DNA of 64,000 nt from a virus (lineage: Duplodnaviria; Heunggongvirae; Uroviricota; Caudoviricetes), in the IMG/VR virus record IMGVR_UViG_2778261667_000017; one strand, given 5' to 3'. Numbering within the stretch: position 1 is the first letter of the stretch; each line of letters opens with the position of its first letter. The notes below the pieces were generated by a model. That model was not told where the DNA came from and ran no database searches. It worked only from the letters and a program-made list of their open reading frames with translations. The translations under genes and the position numbers were made by a program. This document shows positions 19,734 through 28,988 of the stretch, piece by piece.

Positions 19734-21062
19734 ATGACGTGGAAAGACAGACTTCAGGACGCGTCATTTCGCGGTGTGTCGTTTAAGGTTGAAGAAGAAA
19801 GTGCGGGAACCGGCCGTCGTGTGGAAACACACGAATACCCGAACCGCGACAAACCCTATACCGAAGACCTGGGGAAAATCACTTTCCGCCCGTCCATCAC
19901 GGCTTATGTGGTGGGAGATGACTGCTTTGACCAGCGCGATCGCCTGATTGACGCGCTGAATAAACCCGGTCCCGGCACGCTTGTCCATCCGACATACGGT
20001 GAACTGAAAGTCTGTGTTGACGGGGAAGTTCGGGTCAGCACATCGAAAAGTGAAGGACGTATTGTCCGCTTTGACCTGAAGTTTGTCGAAGCAGGAGAGC
20101 TCTCTTACCCCACATCAGGTGCGGCGACGGCGCAGACGCTGATGTCATCCTGTTCTGCACTGGATGACTGCATCAGTGACAGCTTCAGCGGTTTCAGTAT
20201 CGATGGCGTGGCGGATTTTGTGCAGAACGACGTCGTTGGTAATGTCAGCACAATGCTTGGGTATGTTTCTGATGCGATGAAAGTGGTGGATTCTGCCGTA
20301 TCGGATGCGGCCAGGCTGTTGCAGGGGGATATCTCGGTACTTCTGCCGCCACCATCGTCAGGCAAAAATTTCGTTGAGCAGGTGCAGAAAATGTGGCGTA
20401 CCGGGAAACGCCTTTATGGTAACGCCAGCGACCTGGTCACCATGATCAAAACGCTTTCCGGTGTCAGCCTCGGCAGCGATCTGCAACCGCGCGGCGTCTG
20501 GAAAACGGACAGTAAAACCACCGCCACGGCTACGCAGCAGCGTAACGTGGTTGCCAGCACCCTTCGTACGACCGCAATCAGCGAAGCGGCGTATGCCGTC
20601 ACCCGATTGCCTGCGCCAACAACTTCCTCGGTGATGCAGAATGCCGCAGTGGGGCAGGCAACAACACCTGCGCAGAGCACTGGCTGGCCTTCCGTCACGC
20701 ATCCGGCACTGAACAATGCACCGGCGGTGAAAAACACAGTTGACCTGCCGACGTGGGAAGAACTGACTGACATTCGCGACACACTGAATACGGCAATTGA
20801 TAAGGAGTTGTCCCGTACAACCAGTGATGCGCTGTTTCTGGCGCTGCGCCGGGTGAAAGCAGATCTGAATGCGGATATCAACACGCGCCTTGAACAGTCT
20901 GCACGGATCATTCAGCGCACGCCGGATGAGGTTTTACCCGCGTTGGTGCTGGCGGCGACCTGGTTTGATAACGCGGCGCGTGACGCGGACATTATCCGGC
21001 GTAATGCCATTACGCATCCCGGCTTTGTGCCGGTGATCCCTCTGAAGGTGCCAGTGCAATGA
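19734..21062 (+). CDS. DNA circularisation protein (Mu gpN-like)
   Basis: Follows the tape measure; start chosen at MTWKDRLQ after a GGGAG ribosome-binding site. Confidence 0.7.
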   Translation: MTWKDRLQDASFRGVSFKVEEESAGTGRRVETHEYPNRDKPYTEDLGKITFRPSITAYVVGDDCFDQRDRLIDALNKPGPGTLVHPTYGELKVCVDGEVRVSTSKSEGRIVRFDLKFVEAGELSYPTSGAATAQTLMSSCSALDDCISDSFSGFSIDGVADFVQNDVVGNVSTMLGYVSDAMKVVDSAVSDAARLLQGDISVLLPPPSSGKNFVEQVQKMWRTGKRLYGNASDLVTMIKTLSGVSLGSDLQPRGVWKTDSKTTATATQQRNVVASTLRTTAISEAAYAVTRLPAPTTSSVMQNAAVGQATTPAQSTGWPSVTHPALNNAPAVKNTVDLPTWEELTDIRDTLNTAIDKELSRTTSDALFLALRRVKADLNADINTRLEQSARIIQRTPDEVLPALVLAATWFDNAARDADIIRRNAITHPGFVPVIPLKVPVQ

Positions 21063-22138
21063 ACGATAACGTCACGCTACGGGTAAATGGCCGGGAGTGG
21101 AATGGCTGGACATCGGTGCGCATCGGTGCCGGTGTTGAACGACTGGCGCGGGATTTCAGTGTGGAGATCACCCGCCAGTGGCCGGGAGATGAGGGGATCA
21201 CCACGCTTCAGCCGCGCATTAAAAACGGTTCAAAAGTGGAAGTGCTGATTGGTGATGAGCTGGTGATCACCGGCTGGGTGGAGGCGACGCCCGTTCGTTA
21301 CGATGCCCGTTCGGTCAGCACCGGTATTGCCGGACGCAGTCTGACCGCTGATCTGATTGACTGTGCAGCCGAACCGACACAGTTTAACGGACGATCGCTG
21401 GTACAGATTGCGCAGGCGCTTGCTGCGCCCTTCGGCATTGAGGTGGTGAACAACGGTGCGCCGTCGGGTGTTATTCCTGACGTCCAGCCTGATCACGGTG
21501 AAACGGTGATTGAGGTAATCAACAAAATACTCGGTCAGCAGCAGGCACTGGCTTACGACGACCCGCACGGCAGGCTGGTGATTGGCGGTATTGGCTCAAC
21601 GCGGGCACATACTGCACTGGTACTTGGGGAAAACATCCTTTCCTGCGATACGGAGAAGAGTATCCGGGAGCGGTTTTCTGTTTACCAGGTGGCGGGGCAG
21701 CGTGCCGGAAACGACGATGATTTCGGTGAGGCCACCACCACCGCGCTGCGGGCCCGCACAGAGGACGCATTTATTGCCCGTTACCGTCCGATGTATATCA
21801 GGCAGACAGGGCAGGCCACGGGGGCAGGCTGTATTGCGCGTGCTGACTTTGAAGCCCGGCAACGGGCGGCGCGGACGGATGAAACCACCTATGTGGTGCA
21901 GGGCTGGCGACAGGGTAACGGTACGCTGTGGCAGCCCAACCAGCGGGTGATTGTCTTCGATCCGGTCTGTGGTTTTGACAATACCGAACTGCTTGTCTCG
22001 GAAGTCACGTTTACTCAGGACCAGAATGGCACCCTGACGGAAATCCGTGTCGGCCCGCCTGATGCTTATCTGCCTGAACCCGAAGACCCCGGCGCGCGGA
22101 AAAAGAAAAAAGCCAGAGTACAGGAGGACCCGTTCTGA
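21059..22138 (+). CDS. baseplate hub protein (Mu gpP-like)
   Basis: 359 aa, overlapping start. Confidence 0.7.
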   Translation: MNDNVTLRVNGREWNGWTSVRIGAGVERLARDFSVEITRQWPGDEGITTLQPRIKNGSKVEVLIGDELVITGWVEATPVRYDARSVSTGIAGRSLTADLIDCAAEPTQFNGRSLVQIAQALAAPFGIEVVNNGAPSGVIPDVQPDHGETVIEVINKILGQQQALAYDDPHGRLVIGGIGSTRAHTALVLGENILSCDTEKSIRERFSVYQVAGQRAGNDDDFGEATTTALRARTEDAFIARYRPMYIRQTGQATGAGCIARADFEARQRAARTDETTYVVQGWRQGNGTLWQPNQRVIVFDPVCGFDNTELLVSEVTFTQDQNGTLTEIRVGPPDAYLPEPEDPGARKKKKARVQEDPF

Positions 22139-22686
22139 TGAGGACGATTGAAGCCATGCAGCGACAACTCCTCGGCCTGATTGGGCGGGCCGTGGTGAAA
22201 AGCATCAGTGCCGCCACGAAATGTCAGACCGTGGATGTGTCCCTGATTGCCGGTGAACCCAAAGCCGGGATTGAACATCTTGAACCCTACGGTTTTACCG
22301 CAAGGGCAAACAGCGGTGCGGAAGCGGTGGTGTTGTTTCCGGATGGCGACCGTTCTCATGCGGTGGTTGTTACGGTGTCGGACCGGCGCTACCGCCTGAA
22401 AGGGCTGCAGACGGGTGAGGTGGCTGTCTATGACGATCAGGGGCAGTCCGTGACGCTGACCCGGGAGGGGATCGTGGTGGACGGTGCAGGTAAAACGATC
22501 ACGTTTCGCAATGCACCTGAAGCACGTTTTGAAATGGACCTGGAAGTGACAGGACAGGTGAAAGACCTGTGCGACTCCGGCGGCACCACCATGTCAGCGA
22601 TGCGGCTTGCCTATAACGGCCATCGTCACAGAGAGAACGGTCAGGGCAGTAACACCGATAAACCTGATAAAGCGATGGAGGCATGA
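22138..22686 (+). CDS. baseplate assembly / spike protein (Mu gp45-like)
   Basis: 182 aa. Confidence 0.65.
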   Translation: MRTIEAMQRQLLGLIGRAVVKSISAATKCQTVDVSLIAGEPKAGIEHLEPYGFTARANSGAEAVVLFPDGDRSHAVVVTVSDRRYRLKGLQTGEVAVYDDQGQSVTLTREGIVVDGAGKTITFRNAPEARFEMDLEVTGQVKDLCDSGGTTMSAMRLAYNGHRHRENGQGSNTDKPDKAMEA

Positions 22687-23111
22687 TGGAACTGTGGCTG
22701 ACGGTGAACGGTAAACGCACCTGCGCCAGCGCACCGCTGGATCCGCTGACCCGCGCCGTGGTGATTTCCCTGTTCACCTGGCGGCGGGCGGAGCCTGATG
22801 ACAACGCCGACGTCCCGATGGGATGGTGGGGGGATTCCTGGCCTGCGGTACAGAATGACCGTTACGGTTCTCGACTGTGGCTGCTTCAGCGCAGCAAACT
22901 GACCAATCAGCTGGTACAGACGGTAAGGGGATATATCCGCGAATGCCTGCAATGGATGATTGATGATGGCGTGGTGTCCCGTATTGATCTGGATATCCGT
23001 CGCACCGGGATTAATGAGCTGGGTAACAGTATCACCCTCTGGCGTCGTGACGGACCGGTAATGATTTCTTTTGATGATCTGTGGAGTGCGATAACGCATG
23101 GCGGACAGTGA
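22683..23111 (+). CDS. baseplate protein (Mu gp46-like)
   Basis: 142 aa. Confidence 0.6.
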   Translation: MMELWLTVNGKRTCASAPLDPLTRAVVISLFTWRRAEPDDNADVPMGWWGDSWPAVQNDRYGSRLWLLQRSKLTNQLVQTVRGYIRECLQWMIDDGVVSRIDLDIRRTGINELGNSITLWRRDGPVMISFDDLWSAITHGGQ

Positions 23112-24156
23112 ATTTCAGCGCCCGACGCTGGCAGAAAATATCAGTATGCTCCGTAACGATTTATTCGCCAGGCTGGACGTCAGCGACACGCTCCGGCGCA
23201 TGGATGAAGACGTGCGGGCAAAGGTGTATGCGGCGGCGCTGCATACGGTTTACGGGTACATCGATTATCTGGCAATGAACATGCTGCCTGACCTGTGCGA
23301 TGAGTTCTGGCTGGCGCGACATGCTGCGATGAAACGGTGTCCGCGCAAGGGTGCCACAGCTGCCAGCGGGTATATGCGCTGGGAAGGCGTCAGCGATGGC
23401 CTGAAGGTGACCGCCGGGAGTGTTATTCAGCGCGATGACCTGGTTCAGTACACGGCAACTGCCGATGCAACCAGCTCCGGTGGTGTCCTGCGCCTGCCGA
23501 TCGCCTGTTCAACTGCAGGCGCGGTCGGTAACGCTGACGACGGTACGGCATTAATCCTGGTCACGCCGGTGAATGGTCTGCCGTCTTCCGGTGTGGCTGA
23601 CACCCTGACAGGCGGATTTGATACTGAAGAGCTGGAAACGTGGCGCGCCCGCGTCATTGAGCGGTATTACTGGACGCCGCAGGGCGGGGCTGACGGGGAC
23701 TATGTTGTCTGGGCTAAAGAAGTGCCCGGCATTACCCGCGCATGGACATACCGTCACTGGATGGGAACGGGAACTGTCGGTGTGATGATTGCCAGCAGTG
23801 ACCTGATTAATCCCATTCCGGAAGAATCAACGGAAACGGCAGCAAGACAACATATCGGGCCACTGGCCCCGGTGGCAGGCTCTGATTTGTATGTATTCAG
23901 GCCGGTGGCGCATAAAGTGGATTTTCATATCCGCGTGACGCCGGACACACCAGAAATACGGGCTGCCATTACCGCGGAGTTGCGTTCGTTCCTGCTGCGT
24001 GATGGTTATCCGCAGGGAGAGCTGAAGGTGTCGCGTATCAGTGAAGCGATTTCCGGTGCGAACGGGGAATACAGCCATCAGTTGCTTGCACCGGCAGACA
24101 ATATCTCCATTGCGAAAAACGAACTGGCGGTTCTGGGGACGATTTCATGGACGTGA
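23098..24156 (+). CDS. baseplate J-like protein (Mu gp47-like)
   Basis: 352 aa. Confidence 0.75.
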   Translation: MADSEFQRPTLAENISMLRNDLFARLDVSDTLRRMDEDVRAKVYAAALHTVYGYIDYLAMNMLPDLCDEFWLARHAAMKRCPRKGATAASGYMRWEGVSDGLKVTAGSVIQRDDLVQYTATADATSSGGVLRLPIACSTAGAVGNADDGTALILVTPVNGLPSSGVADTLTGGFDTEELETWRARVIERYYWTPQGGADGDYVVWAKEVPGITRAWTYRHWMGTGTVGVMIASSDLINPIPEESTETAARQHIGPLAPVAGSDLYVFRPVAHKVDFHIRVTPDTPEIRAAITAELRSFLLRDGYPQGELKVSRISEAISGANGEYSHQLLAPADNISIAKNELAVLGTISWT

Positions 24157-24731
24157 CAAACGATGATTACATCCGTCTGTTGTCAGCACTGTTGCCGCCC
24201 GGTCCGGCGTGGTCAGCCAGCGATCCGGCGATTGCCGGTGCAGCACCGTCATTAACCCGTGTTCATCAGCGTGCGGATGCCCTGATGCGGGAGCTGGATC
24301 CGCGCACCACCACCGAACTGATAAACCGCTGGGAGCGTCTGTGCGGCCTGCCGGATGAATGTATTCCCGCAGGGACACAGACCCTTCGCCAGCGTCAGCA
24401 ACGGCTGGATGCGAAGGTTAACCTGGCGGGCGGCATCAACGAGGATTTTTATCTTGCACAGCTTGCTGCCCTGGGCAGACCAGATGCCACCATCACGCGA
24501 TACGACAAAAGCACCTTCACCTGCTCATCGGCCTGTACTGACGCGGTGAATGCGCCGGAATGGCGGTATTACTGGCAGGTCAACATGCCAGCTGCCACCA
24601 ACACCACCTGGATGACATGTGGTGATCCCTGTGATTCCGCACTGCGTATCTGGGGCGACACCGTTGTCGAGTGTGTGCTTAACAAACTCTGCCCTTCGCA
24701 TACCTACGTAATTTTTAAATATCCGGAGTAA
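24147..24731 (+). CDS. tail protein (Mu gp48-like)
   Basis: 194 aa. Confidence 0.6.
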   Translation: MDVTNDDYIRLLSALLPPGPAWSASDPAIAGAAPSLTRVHQRADALMRELDPRTTTELINRWERLCGLPDECIPAGTQTLRQRQQRLDAKVNLAGGINEDFYLAQLAALGRPDATITRYDKSTFTCSSACTDAVNAPEWRYYWQVNMPAATNTTWMTCGDPCDSALRIWGDTVVECVLNKLCPSHTYVIFKYPE

Positions 24732-24734
24732 TCC

Positions 24735-25397
24735 ATGCATCGTATAGACACGAAAACCGCGCAGAAGGATAAGTTCGGCGCGGGTAAGAGCGGTTTTACC
24801 CGTGGTAACCCCCAGACCGGCACACCTGCCACCGATCTGGATGATGACTACTTTGACATGTTGCAGGAAGAACTCTGCAGCGTGGTGGAGGCATCCGGTG
24901 TCAGCCTGGAGAAGGGGCGGCATGACCAGCTGCTTACCGCGCTTCGTGCGCTGCTGTTAAGCCGCAAGAATCCGTTTGGCGATATCAAATCGGATGGCAC
25001 GGTGAAAACGGCTCTCGAAAACCTTGGTTTGGGAGAAGCGGCAAAACGGGATGTGGGGACAGGGGAAAATCAGATACCGGACATGGCCTCTTTTGCCAGT
25101 GGTGATGGATGGATGAAATTACCCAACGGGAAAATCCTGCAATATGGTCGTGGTGCGGTTACGCCGACATTATCGACGCAAACAATGAGAATTACATTCA
25201 GCATCCCTTTCCCCAAAAAAGCGGACTGCGCCATGCTTACTCATTCTGGTGATGGCGGTGCGCCTTTAGGCGCTGGGCGAGGGTTCGTGATGACTGCAGA
25301 AGGCCCAACGTTAACCGGCTTTAATTCTGCTTACAGAACGTCATCAACCAGCGACACGGTATCGATGAATTACAGTTGGTGGGCTGTTGGTGAGTAA
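24735..25397 (+). CDS. tail fibre protein, constant N-terminus fused to the currently expressed variable C-terminus
   Basis: 220 aa; crosses the left inversion site at the GLGE codons. Confidence 0.75.
   Translation: MHRIDTKTAQKDKFGAGKSGFTRGNPQTGTPATDLDDDYFDMLQEELCSVVEASGVSLEKGRHDQLLTALRALLLSRKNPFGDIKSDGTVKTALENLGLGEAAKRDVGTGENQIPDMASFASGDGWMKLPNGKILQYGRGAVTPTLSTQTMRITFSIPFPKKADCAMLTHSGDGGAPLGAGRGFVMTAEGPTLTGFNSAYRTSSTSDTVSMNYSWWAVGE
25014..25038. repeat. left inversion site (gix/pix-like)
   Basis: ctcgaaaaccttggtttgggagaag; the 13 bp ggtttgggagaag recurs inverted at 26903..26915. Confidence 0.65.
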
Positions 25398-25408
25398 TTT
25401 TATTCAGG

Positions 25409-25861
25409 GTGATTTATATGAACGAATATGTTTATAGCGCAAGGCATAATGCTTTTTTCCCTGTGGATATGATTGATAAATATAAATCAGAGGGATGGGA
25501 TTTATCAGACGCTAAGGAAGTAAATCAAAATATTATCAGTGAGTTTATGGCTGAACCGCCACAAGGAAAAATCCGTATTGCCGGAGATGATGGGCTGCCT
25601 GCGTGGGCAGATATTCCTCCACCCACGCATGAAGAGCTTATTGAAATTACTGAATCAGAAAGACAGCTACTAATTAACCAGGCCAACGAATACATGAACA
25701 GTAAGCAATGGCCCGGTAAAGCCGCTATTGGTCGTCTGAAAGGTGAGGAACTGGCGCAATATAATTTGTGGCTGGATTATCTGGATGCACTGGAGCTGGT
25801 TGATACCTCCAGTGCGCCAGATATTGAATGGCCTACGCCTCCGGCAGTTCAGGCCAGATAA
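25409..25861 (+). CDS. tail fibre assembly protein (expressed orientation)
   Basis: Ends ...SSAPDIEWPTPPAV, the conserved tail-fibre-assembly C-terminus. Confidence 0.7.
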   Translation: MIYMNEYVYSARHNAFFPVDMIDKYKSEGWDLSDAKEVNQNIISEFMAEPPQGKIRIAGDDGLPAWADIPPPTHEELIEITESERQLLINQANEYMNSKQWPGKAAIGRLKGEELAQYNLWLDYLDALELVDTSSAPDIEWPTPPAVQAR

Positions 25862-26435
25862 CATCCGGCGCGGTGCTGGTATCTGTTGCCGTCACCGCGT
25901 CAATGTAATCCAGCACAGCGTTAAGTCTGGTTGTTTCTGCCTGCGTCAGTTTACGTCCGGCCTGCAATTTCAGTTGAATCAGACTGATGGAAGCCATTGC
26001 TGCATCAATCAGTGACTGGCGCTGTGCTTCTGCCGCTTCTACTGCGGCACCGTGTTGTGCCTCAGTATCTGTCACCCATTTTTCACCATCCCATTTATCG
26101 TATGGCGTTAACGGGGCGATAGTGGTTGTATTTTCGGGATAGTCGCCTAGTGCTGTGATTCCTTTGGCATCTCCCGTTTCGGTGTTATAGACGATTTCAC
26201 CGCGATGGTCTGACACATATTCCCATGATTTTAAATCCACAGAACGGCAAATTGTATAACCAGCCTTAGATGTACCAGGAGCGTCTAAACAGGAATATGC
26301 TGGAATACCGACACCCACTGCAAGATATTCAGTTGATGCAGAAATATATTCCCGCGTCTCACCATCATAGTTATAGACGGTAATATTCCCCGCCTTCGTG
26401 GTAATAAGCTCGCTATTTAATACGGCGTTATCCAT
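25833..26435 (-). CDS. tail fibre assembly protein (alternative, silent orientation)
   Basis: Ends ...TSTAPDVIWPELPEA; convergent with the other assembly gene. Confidence 0.7.
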   Translation of the reverse strand: MDNAVLNSELITTKAGNITVYNYDGETREYISASTEYLAVGVGIPAYSCLDAPGTSKAGYTICRSVDLKSWEYVSDHRGEIVYNTETGDAKGITALGDYPENTTTIAPLTPYDKWDGEKWVTDTEAQHGAAVEAAEAQRQSLIDAAMASISLIQLKLQAGRKLTQAETTRLNAVLDYIDAVTATDTSTAPDVIWPELPEA

Positions 26436-26915
26436 TATGCAGCCCTCACGATATAGTTAAATGCAATATTTCGTGGACGGGTTTCACTCCCGCCAGTATT
26501 ACCGATACTCCCTCGTGAATGAAGTGTCGGTGATGGGATCAGAGTTCCGCCTGCACTGGTAGCATCCAGCCCCTTGCCCTGTGTATATGTATTTCGGAAG
26601 ATTGTTGCCAGCTCCCATTCCTCTTTTGAATCATGCCCATCGTTAGCTACAACAAAATGACGGTGCTTTTCCAGCATTCCGGCCTGAATACTCAATAAAA
26701 CACGTCCTGCATCAATACCGCGCCCGTCATCCCAGCCACGAATAAACTCACCGCGTAAATCAGGTAATTTATTTGTTGGATAAGCCTTTGCCAGTTCCGG
26801 GTATTCTTCAGCAGAAAATGCCGCACCGTTGCATTTCAGCCAGCCTGTTGGCGGTGTGACTGAAGACCATGGAACAGGCACACCAACAGGTAATGCAGAG
26901 CCTTCTCCCAAACCA
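26435..26915 (-). CDS. alternative tail-fibre C-terminal cassette (promoterless; fused to the constant region after inversion)
   Basis: Reading frame continues through the right inversion site with GLGEG matching GLGEA of the expressed fibre. Confidence 0.6.
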
Positions 26916-26927
26916 ACGTTTATGAAA
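26903..26927. repeat. right inversion site (gix/pix-like)
   Basis: cttctcccaaacc is the reverse complement of the left-site core; lies just upstream of the invertase gene. Confidence 0.65.
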
Positions 26928-26982
26928 ATGCAGAAATAACGAGCAAATGGCATCATTCCTGCTTTTGTCAGGGGGATCTACC

Positions 26983-27537
26983 ATGCTTATTGGCTATGTA
27001 CGCGTATCAACAAATGACCAGAACACAGATCTACAACGTAATGCGCTGAACTGTGCAGGATGCGAGCTGATTTTTGAAGACAAGATAAGCGGTACAAAGT
27101 CCGAAAGGCCGGGACTGAAAAAACTGCTCAGGACATTATCGGCAGGTGACACGCTGGTGGTCTGGAAACTGGACCGGCTGGGGCGCAGTATGCGGCATCT
27201 TGTCGTGCTGGTGGAGGAGTTGCGCGAACGAGGCATCAACTTTCGTAGTCTGACGGATTCAATTGATACCAGTACCCCAATGGGGCGCTTTTTCTTTCAT
27301 GTGATGGGTGCCCTGGCTGAAATGGAGCGTGAACTGATTGTTGAAAGAACAAAAGCTGGACTGGAAGCTGCTCGCGCACAGGGACGAATTGGTGGACGTC
27401 GTCCCAAACTTACACCAGAACAATGGGAACAGGCCGGACGATTAATTGCATCAGGAGTTCCTCGCCAGAAGGTGGCGATTATCTATGATGTTGGTGTGTC
27501 AACTTTGTATAAGAGGTTTCCTGCAGGGGATAAATAA
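26983..27537 (+). CDS. pin: DNA invertase, serine recombinase (Pin/Gin/Hin family)
   Basis: MLIGYVRVSTNDQNTDLQRNAL...; start at the internal Met after the inversion site. Confidence 0.9.
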   Translation: MLIGYVRVSTNDQNTDLQRNALNCAGCELIFEDKISGTKSERPGLKKLLRTLSAGDTLVVWKLDRLGRSMRHLVVLVEELRERGINFRSLTDSIDTSTPMGRFFFHVMGALAEMERELIVERTKAGLEAARAQGRIGGRRPKLTPEQWEQAGRLIASGVPRQKVAIIYDVGVSTLYKRFPAGDK

Positions 27538-27643
27538 AGTTAAAGACACTTTGTGTACAAAAGAAAGTAAAACAACAGCAACTTGTTGCAATTTTATCAA
27601 TAAAAGTAGTATTGTCGTGAAAAATTGATTAAAGATTAATATT

Positions 27644-28477
27644 ATGCATGTTTTTGATAATAATGGAATTGAACTGAAAGCTGAGTGTTCGATAGGTGAA
27701 GAGGATGGTGTTTATGGTCTAATCCTTGAGTCGTGGGGGCCGGGTGACAGAAACAAAGATTACAATATCGCTCTTGATTATATCATTGAACGGTTGGTTG
27801 ATTCTGGTGTATCCCAAGTCGTAGTATATCTGGCGTCATCATCAGTCAGAAAACATATGCATTCTTTGGATGAAAGAAAAATCCATCCTGGTGAATATTT
27901 TACTTTGATTGGTAATAGCCCCCGCGAGATACGCTTGAAGATGTGTGGTTATCAGGCTTATTTTAGTCGTACGGGGAGAAAGGAAATTCCTTCCGGCAAT
28001 AGAACGAAACGAATATTGATAAATGTTCCAGGTATTTATAGTGACAGTTTTTGGGCGTCTATAATACGTGGAGAACTATCAGAGCTTTCACAGCCTACAG
28101 ATGATGAATCGCTTCTGAATATGAGGGTTAGTAAATTAATTAAGAAAACGTTGGGTCAACCCGAGGGCTCCAGGAAACCAGTTGAGGTAGAAAGACTACA
28201 AAAAGTTTATGTCCGAGACCCGATGGTAAAAGCTTGGATTTTACAGCAAAGTAAAGGTATATGTGAAAACTGTGGTAAAAATGCTCCGTTTTATTTAAAT
28301 GATGGAAACCCATATTTGGAAGTGCATCATGTAATTCCCCTGTCTTCAGGTGGTGCTGATACAACAGATAACTGTGTTGCCCTTTGTCCGAATTGTCATA
28401 GAGAATTGCACTATAGTAAAAATGCAAAAGAACTAATCGAGATGCTTTACGTTAATATAAACCGATTACAGAAATAA
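27644..28477 (+). CDS. mcrA: McrA-like HNH nuclease (type IV modification-dependent restriction)
   Basis: 277 aa; C-terminal HNH motif CENCG...HHVIPLSSGG...CPNCH; same position after pin as mcrA in K-12 e14 (from memory). Confidence 0.75.
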   Translation: MHVFDNNGIELKAECSIGEEDGVYGLILESWGPGDRNKDYNIALDYIIERLVDSGVSQVVVYLASSSVRKHMHSLDERKIHPGEYFTLIGNSPREIRLKMCGYQAYFSRTGRKEIPSGNRTKRILINVPGIYSDSFWASIIRGELSELSQPTDDESLLNMRVSKLIKKTLGQPEGSRKPVEVERLQKVYVRDPMVKAWILQQSKGICENCGKNAPFYLNDGNPYLEVHHVIPLSSGGADTTDNCVALCPNCHRELHYSKNAKELIEMLYVNINRLQK

Positions 28478-28710
28478 AATTGTTTATTAAAGTCACATTT
28501 AAGACGTAATACCCTACAGGGTAAAAATTTTCTCTGATCTTAACTTCTGCAAATGTTAACTGCTATTTTTATGCTAAAAATGGTTATCAAAACTCAAAAA
28601 CACATGTTTATAATCAATGAGTTATAGAAATGCTAAGGGCTAATGAGTTATATGCAAATTAGTAAAATTATGTTGCTATCTCAAATAGTTACGATTTAGT
28701 CATCTAACTA

Positions 28711-28875
28711 ATGCTGCGCCATATGGGTTGGACTGAAGCGGCTGACCTGATTGTTAAAGGTATGGAAGGCGCAATCAATGCCAAGACCGTAACCTATGAC
28801 TTCGAACGTCTGATGGAAGGCGCTAAACTGCTGAAATGTTCAGAGTTTGGTGACGCGATCATCAAGAATATGTAA
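28711..28875 (+). pseudogene. icd: icd 3' fragment (isocitrate dehydrogenase C-terminal about 54 codons, no upstream coding body)
   Basis: Translates [54 protein letters not shown], matching the Icd C-terminus from memory with about two substitutions. Confidence 0.8.
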
Positions 28876-28898
28876 TCACTACATGTGTTAAATATTGA

Positions 28899-28927
28899 AA
28901 CGGGCGTATAACACGCCCGTTGTTTTA
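28899..28927 (+). terminator. intrinsic terminator after the icd fragment
   Basis: aacgggcgt-ataac-acgcccgtt hairpin followed by gttttat. Confidence 0.5.
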
Positions 28928-28941
28928 TGATGATTTAAAAT

Positions 28942-28978
28942 CTTCCCCAAAACTTTCCCCAAAACCCTTCCCCAAAAC
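28942..28978. repeat. three tandem copies of a 12 bp unit (cttccccaaaac-like), candidate integrase arm-type binding sites
   Basis: ttccccaaaac at 28943, 28955 and 28968, just upstream of the integrase 3' end. Confidence 0.4.
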
Positions 28979-28988
28979 TGGCTATTTT

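Larger units (their letters stand above)
25026..26915. mobile_element. invertible tail-fibre segment (Mu G / e14 P-segment type)
   Basis: Two convergent fibre C-terminus plus assembly gene sets bounded by inverted repeats, next to a serine invertase. Confidence 0.75.
1..28710. mobile_element. Prophage A, right arm (e14-like mosaic prophage), continues upstream of window
   Basis: Contiguous phage late-gene order Q, lysis, terminase, head, tail, invertase, mcrA, ending at an icd 3' fragment; same gene order at the pin-mcrA-icd end as K-12 e14 as I recall it. Confidence 0.8.

Noticed and set aside
27446-27628. 60 aa ORF overlapping the invertase 3' end
   Set aside because: Out-of-frame overlap with the well-supported invertase gene and extension into AT-rich non-coding sequence.
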